A DNA stretch of 64,000 nucleotides. Source: the human T2T-CHM13v2.0 reference genome, Homo sapiens. Both the position numbers and the translations under genes were made by a program. A model generated the notes under the pieces. The model was not told the origin of the DNA. It was given only the letters and a program-made list of their open reading frames with translations, and did no database searches. Positions 51,061 through 64,000 of this stretch are shown piece after piece (within the stretch, counting starts at the first letter, position 1; each line of letters begins with the position of its first letter). The stretch lies in the NCBI RefSeq assembly GCF_009914755.1, contig NC_060934.1. One strand, 5' to 3'.

Positions 51061-52284
51061 TATGGATTAGTAAAGTTTTCCAGAGTTGGGAGCAGACTCT
51101 AGAGAGCGTAAAGGAAAGGAAAAGACAGCGCTCTGAAAGTAAAAAGGTTGGCGTCTAGAGTGCCAGAACTAGGTCTCCACTCCAATGACATTCCTGACAA
51201 TGTCCCCTAACATCACACTACATCCTGTTCTTTGTAACATTCTTCAGAAAAATAGATTTGTTCTCAGGCCTATATTCTGTTTTCACTCATGTCATTCTTG
51301 TCTGTTTTGCTAGGAAACCTGTGGAAACACTCATTTTGGATGCTGCCGGCTCTTGTCAGTGACTTCGAAAGAGAAAAGACTCTGAATCTGATCATCATTA
51401 GAGGGTGGTGGTGGTTAAAATAATATAGGTTAATAAATATTTTTAGGAGCTTTCTCTTTCTATTAGAGCAGCAGATACAACTAACAAGTACATCAACTTT
51501 TCCTCGCCAATTCTTTAAGTAAATTAAACATGCTCTATATTTGTTTAGGTTTAAACTTGATTAAGACATATATGTATTTTCTTTCTTCATCTAATTAGTG
51601 ATTTACTGTTATTATCTGAAAGTCATACAAGACTATTTAAAGGTGAGTAACATTTTATGAGTGCACTATATAGTACTATAAGGCCTGGAACAGCATGTCT
51701 TTTGTTCCAAGACTGTCAAATATGCATCCTGAAAGGCAAAAGTGTGCAATGAGGGGTGCAGAGAATTCTGACTTTCTGATTTCCTTTTTTTTTTAACCTT
51801 AAGAAAAAAGAAAGACATTGGAGATAGTTAAGCTGATGGACTTAGTTTCTGCCTTAAATAAGGAACTAATATGGGACAATCATGTGTGCTATTGTCATTT
51901 TCAAAAACTAGAACAAATAAACAGACAAACAAACAAGAAGATAACGGTTCTACCCACGGAATCCATTGTTAGCATCTGTGAGAAGAATATTGAGTCTGCT
52001 TATTTCTGTAATGGGCATTTCTACGTAGGAAGAACTGACCCCATCATAAGCAAGTGTCATTGAAATACTTTCTATTAGTCTAGAGAAGCTCGCAAGTTCA
52101 TTTAGTTCAGAGAAGAGTTGCAATTATTGTCCTGAAAGAGCTAGTGTGTAGACCTCGAAAAGAGGGTAGCCACTTTAAGGGCAAGAGATCTCTTTATAAT
52201 GCAGTCAATAAAGGCAAATACATGTTCTAAAATGTAAGCTTAGTTGTCTCACTACTGCCCCAAGCATAATTCTAATACCAAAGT

Positions 52285-54325
<2,041 letters not shown>

Positions 54326-54994
54326 GATACATATCTTTTAATATAGTCTACATTAAAACTATTTTAAGGACTTGGGCCATATTGAAACAGAACAGTTAGT
54401 TTGGAGGGCCATTGTATGGAGTGGAAAATTTGCCGTTGGGACTATGGAAACAATTCAGGCTACATTCTTGCCTGAGTCCTGAGACATTCAGCACAGCATT
54501 TTAACACATCCTTTGACATTGATTTAGAAAAATGGCAAAAATGAAAGGTATGGTGGATATCTTTATGGAGCTCACCAAAATTTATCTTCCATTCTTCTGT
54601 TTAAAGCACTCCAACTTGTTTTGGAGGAATCTTTTTGCTAACCCAACGGATAGCAGCCATGAAATTGTAGTCATTACAGTGAAATTGCCCCAGGGGTGAA
54701 CCTGATTGGCTTAAACCAATCAGAACATCCTATCTCTCTAGCCATAAGGATTACTCAGATATGGATATAATCACATTTGCAACAATGAGGCATAACAATA
54801 TTATAATGAAACTTCTGGGAAAAAAGTTCCCTCACACTTCTAACAACCCCAAAAGAAAATTCTTCCTCTAGATGGGATGGGAAGGTTTTTACTTCTACAG
54901 CTATTGTTGCTACTGTGAATGAAGCTGACCTTAAGACAAAACTGAGACATTGGGAGGAGCAGGGAAGAGAGAATTAGAATGAAGTCACTAGAGC

Positions 54995-55150
54995 CACACT
55001 GTCCAGTAGAAATTTCTGTGTTGCTGGAAATTTTCTATATCTGCACTACCCAATATGGTAACCACTAGCCACATGTGGCTACTGAGCATTGAGTTGTGGC
55101 TACTGACAGAGGAATTAAGTTTTTAAGTTAGCTAATGAAAATTTAAATTT
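54995..55150 (+). mobile_element. MER3 (hAT-Charlie MITE) fragment
   Basis: ctgtccagtagaaatttctg...ggaaattttctatatctgcact..ccaatatggtaaccactagccacatgtggctactgagca. Confidence 0.8.
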
Positions 55151-55349
55151 ATCGAACAGTGAATCACGAGGTGGTGCACATAATACCTATGAATAGATCC
55201 ATATGTCACCTAAACAAAAATCTGTTGCCAACACACACAAGACATCTGATTTTCAGAAAGAATGGATATATTAGATTTATGTGTTCATTCAAAGCTGTTA
55301 TGGCAGTTAACTTTTGAGCAAGTGACTAGAAGATCAATATCCACTACTC

Positions 55350-55781
<432 letters not shown>

Positions 55782-57177
55782 TTAAATGAGATAATCCATA
55801 TAAAGGACTCAGCATGGAATCTTGCCTGTAATAAATATTCAATGAATGGTAGCCTGCTGCTACCACTGCTACTTACCACTGACATAATATAAATGACTGT
55901 CCACCTTTTAGTACCTAGAAATGCCTATATCTGACAGTAATAGGTCACTGAAACATGAACATATCAAAGTTGGAAGAGAGCTAGAGAGCAAGTAATCCAA
56001 GAAGATATCATTGCAGAAGGGTAAATTAACTCTCAGTTGTCAAAATGACCAGGCAATTAGTAGAGCACAGAAGAGACATTACAGCCAAGACCTCCTGGCT
56101 CAAAATTACAGCCAAGACCTCCTACTTTTTATTTTTGCTTCAACTTTTCCCAGATTTTTCAAACTGCCTGGCATTCTCTATTCAACTTAGCAAACAGGTT
56201 AATACTAGTGACTTAGAGAAAATTCCATTCATCTTCTAGGCAGTTTTACAATAATAAGATAATCTTCTCAAGACCATTTAACCTCACGGTTGACTCTAGT
56301 TTCACTCTTCAAGACGTGGTGGGAAGGATTTTGCTGTCAGTGTTATTGAATGCCTGAATCATAGCTGTGTCTAAAAGATTTCAAAAGTTCAAGCACTGTT
56401 TTGATCTCATTCTCTATTTCCTTTGAAAAAAATGTTCTTAGCAGGGGAAAAAAAAACCCTTTTTCTTGAGTTTATAGCACTGTATCATAATGGTCAAAGG
56501 CAGAATTGGGTAAATTCCTCAATGAGTTATGTATTTTCCTCTTTAGTTCCTTCTCTTGTCCGCAGGCCACCATTTTATAGCTTTCAAACTGGAGCCAACA
56601 ATACCTAAAGTCTAAGTTCCTACTGATTCAATACTGAACGACTTCATCTTTGAGTCAAGATGGCAGGACACCAGGGCACCTATAATTTATGACTACATAA
56701 ACAGATACTGTTTGTTCTACATTGACAAATTTTGGAGTTTCAAAGTCATTTCAATCCTTCTTCACATAGCACTGTAGGGATAGACTGGTTGGAATGTAAG
56801 TTTTGAAGCTGCATCATCTCATTAAAAATTATTGTTAGACTATAGTCCTATTAGATTATGATCAATACTTTACAACTAGAAAGTCAGAATGAGAAGGTGA
56901 GACCCCATTTGAGTTAATTTTGCATTATGTTGCTTCTACATGGATCTGTTTCAAGTATCATTTAAGCCACTGTGTGAAATTGAGTTTGAAATGAGAAATG
57001 TCTGATTTATAAAGATCTTTTTACCTTACCATCCATCCTAAGCCATACCAGATGTTCTAAGATACTCACCTCAATTACCACATAAAGGAAGAGGTTCCCA
57101 TACTTCCACATTCTTTCTAAAAACACATGTTAGCAGTTCATTGTTTCCATGGCTGTAAGAGACATAAGTGTGTTCCT

Positions 57178-60137
<2,960 letters not shown>

Positions 60138-60569
60138 TCAAGAATTAGAAGTGTAATAATGGGGCTCTGTATTCATTTCTATGTTAACCTATTTACTATG
60201 TTTTAAAGAAGTAGTACAATATTTATTCTCCAATTTAATTATGTGATTCATGTAATTATATTATTTGTATCTGTCTGTGGTTGTGTTATATAGACCTTAG
60301 TAATGTGTGTGTATGTGTGTATGACTGAAAGAAAAGTTTCACAAAATAAAGCCTGCACTTACTACATGCAATAAATTCTGACATACTCTCTTCTTTTCTA
60401 TGCTATTTTTAAAAAATGCTATTTTCAGTCAATAAAATTATTTCACTATCCAGTGAAGGATCACCACCACAGTTTGAAAAAGCCCAGCCTGAGAGAACTT
60501 TCTAGTTGCTAAGCCACAAGGATCTAGCCTGCTAAACATTTCCACTGGTGGTTTGAATTAGGGCATTGA

Positions 60570-62580
60570 TTGCACATTGATCATGTCTGTAGATGACATG
60601 AAGCTGGAGGATGTAGCTAATATGACCTTAATAGGCTGCAATAATGGGTCCAAGAAAGCGACTTGAGGTTAAAAAGAACTAAATGTAGAACTCTACACTT
60701 GTGTCTAAAAGATGTAAGCCATATATACCAAATAGAGGAAATATTTAAATTTTATTTATTTATTTATTTATTTTTTGAGACAGGGTCATGCCCCGTCACC
60801 CAAGCTGAGTGCAATGTCACAATCTTAGCTCACTACAGCCTCAGACTCTTGGGCACAAATGATCCTTCCACCTCAGCCTCCTGAGGAGCAGGGTCTACAG
60901 GTGCACGCCACCACACCTGGCTAATTTTTAATTTTTCTGTAGAGACAGAATTTCGCTTTGTTGCCCAGGCTGGTCTTGAATTCCTGGCCTCAATCAATCC
61001 TCCTGCCTCAGTATTGGGACTGTAGGTATGAGCCACCACATCCAGCTAAAATTTTAGTTTATTTTTGTGGAAGGAGATATGGCATAAAAGTGAAATATAT
61101 GAAAAATATTTCAGGATTTTAATTTACTATAGGCACAATATAAGTCACCAGGGTTAAGTGTTTGCTAGGTAAAACTGAGATGAAAAGCAATCAGAGTCCT
61201 GAGAGCCTTCTCCGAGGCCAGAGCTCACCTGGACCCTTTTTAAAATTAATTAATTTTTTTTGAGAAAGAATCTTAACTCCGTCACCCAGGCTGGAGTGCA
61301 GTGGTGTGACCTTTGCTCACTGCAACCTCCGCCTCCCGGGCACAGGTGATTCTGCTGCCTCAGTCTCCTGAGTAGATGGGATTACAGGCGCTCACCACCA
61401 CGCCTGGCTAATTATTTGTATTTTTAGTAGAGACAGGGTTTCACCATGTTAGTCAAGCTGGTCTTGAACTCCTGGGCTCAAGTGATCTGCCCGCCTCAAC
61501 CTCCCGAAGTGCTGGGATTACAAGCATGAGCCATTGCACACCCGGCCTCACCTGGAGCCTTTGCCTCTCTCTTTTTCTTTTTATCCCTGGAGCCTTTTGT
61601 TTCCTTTTTTTTTTTTTTTTTTTTTTTTTTTCTGAAACATGGTCTTGCTTGTCACCAGGCTGGAGTGCAGTGGTGTCATCATGGCTCACAGCAGCCTTGA
61701 CTTCCTGGGCTCCAGTGATCCTCCTGCCTCAGCCTCCTGAGTAGCTGACACTACTGGTGCTCACCACCACGCTGGGCTAATTTTGGTATTTTTTTTTTTG
61801 CAGAGACGGGGTTTTACTATGTTGCCCTGGCTGGTCTGGAACTCCTGAGCTCAAGCAATCTACCTGCCTCAGCCTCCCAAAGTGCTGGGATTACAGGCAT
61901 AAACCACTACTCTCAGCCTTCGTTTCTTTCTTGGGACCACATTTTAACCAGGGGGGATATGACAGATGAGAACAAATTCAATAGGGATGGTAGGGAAAAA
62001 TGACATCACATAAGAATAGTTGAAAGAGCTAAGAATGCAGAACCTGCAAATATCAGACTAAAGAAATAACAATCGTCCGGGCACAGTGGCTCATGCCTGT
62101 AATCCCAGCACTTTGGGAGGCCGAGGCGGGCGGATCATGAGGTCAGGAGATTGAGACCATCCTGGCAAACACGGTGAAACCCCGTCTCTACTAAAAATAC
62201 AAAAAATTAGCCAGGAGTGGTGGTGGGCGCCTGCAGTCCCAGCTACTCTGGAGGCTGAGGCAGGAGAATGGCGTGAACCTGGGAGGCGGAGCTTGCAGTG
62301 AGTCTCAGAAAAAAAAAGAGAAATAACAGTCCAGGCAGGGCGCAGTGGCTCATGCCTATAATCCCAGGGCTTTGGGGGGACGAGGCAAGGAGGGTCGCTT
62401 GAGGCCAGGTATTCAAGACCAGCCTTGGCAACATGGTGAGACCCTGTCTCTACAAAAAAATTAAATAAATAAATAAATAAATAAAAGAAATAGTGATCTC
62501 CAAGTATCGGAAAGTCGAATATGAAATCCCATCAAAGAGGGATTATACCTGTTCCCTCTTCTCCCAGAAGGCAGAACCAC
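60570..62580 (+). mobile_element. Ancient CR1/L3 LINE RT-region relic fragmented by Alus 60750-61047(-), 61235-61547(-), 61580-61918(-), AluY 62075-62305(+) and FLAM 62335-62485(+)
   Basis: ttg atc atg tct gta gat gac atg aag ctg gag gat gta gct aat translates to LIMSVDDMKLEDVAN, resembling CR1 RT LxKFADDTKLGGVAN; later pieces resemble YEERLKEL and KYLKG..EGRT. Confidence 0.6.
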
Positions 62581-62954
62581 TCATTTGTTCATTCCTTCAT
62601 TCCTTCCTTTATTTATTCATCCAACGAACATCTGTTGAGCACCTACCACATGTCTCTTAGACCAGGTATCTCTTCGTAGTACAGAGTACAAAAGCAACTC
62701 TCCCTGCCCCTAAGAATACAATTCAGTAGGAATGAAGGACAGCATCCAGTTTTCTGAAACTTGTGTTGGTGTCTTTTGTGGCAACACTGTTTCTTTGGGC
62801 CCACATGAGCCACTGAGGATGTGTGGCCTTCCATGTGTGATTGTTTTGTTGTCCTGACATATGGTCCGTCTGCTTTATCTGGTCATGTCACCATCCAGTG
62901 AAAGAAAATCTTTCAGGAGCCCCCGGATACCTTCAGGATAAAATCTAAAATCCA

Positions 62955-64000
<1,046 letters not shown>

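Noticed and set aside
56078-56123. 19-bp direct repeat attacagccaagacctcct x2
   Set aside because: Simple local slippage duplication in MIR-like sequence; only two units, so not an array.

Overview
Human (primate) genomic DNA. The left end holds the 5' end of ARHGAP21 on the minus strand: a large CpG-island promoter (~3200-5700), a non-coding first exon with a (CGG)9 tract ending at a GT donor after 4190, and exon 2 (2907-2465) with a 380-nt leader and the first 21 codons, [21 protein letters not shown], which I recognise as the ARHGAP21 N-terminus. The remaining ~57 kb is upstream intergenic DNA in which I recognise no other gene. It is packed with about 80 Alu/FLAM pieces (manual count), old L1, L2, MIR and CR1/L3 relics, MER DNA transposons, MaLR/ERVL LTRs and one full-length two-LTR THE1A provirus with intact target-site duplications. 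Almost all ORFs in the supplied track are Alu-derived, low-complexity or GC-rich artefacts. I see no new multi-gene system. The most interesting unexplained structure is the ARHGAP21 leader: three uORFs, a TGAAATGAAATGATG cassette that places stops in all three frames at the start codon, and a CGG repeat in an open poly-Gly frame whose fate depends on a tandem splice acceptor. Repeat boundaries are approximate and subfamily calls are from recognition, not from a database search.
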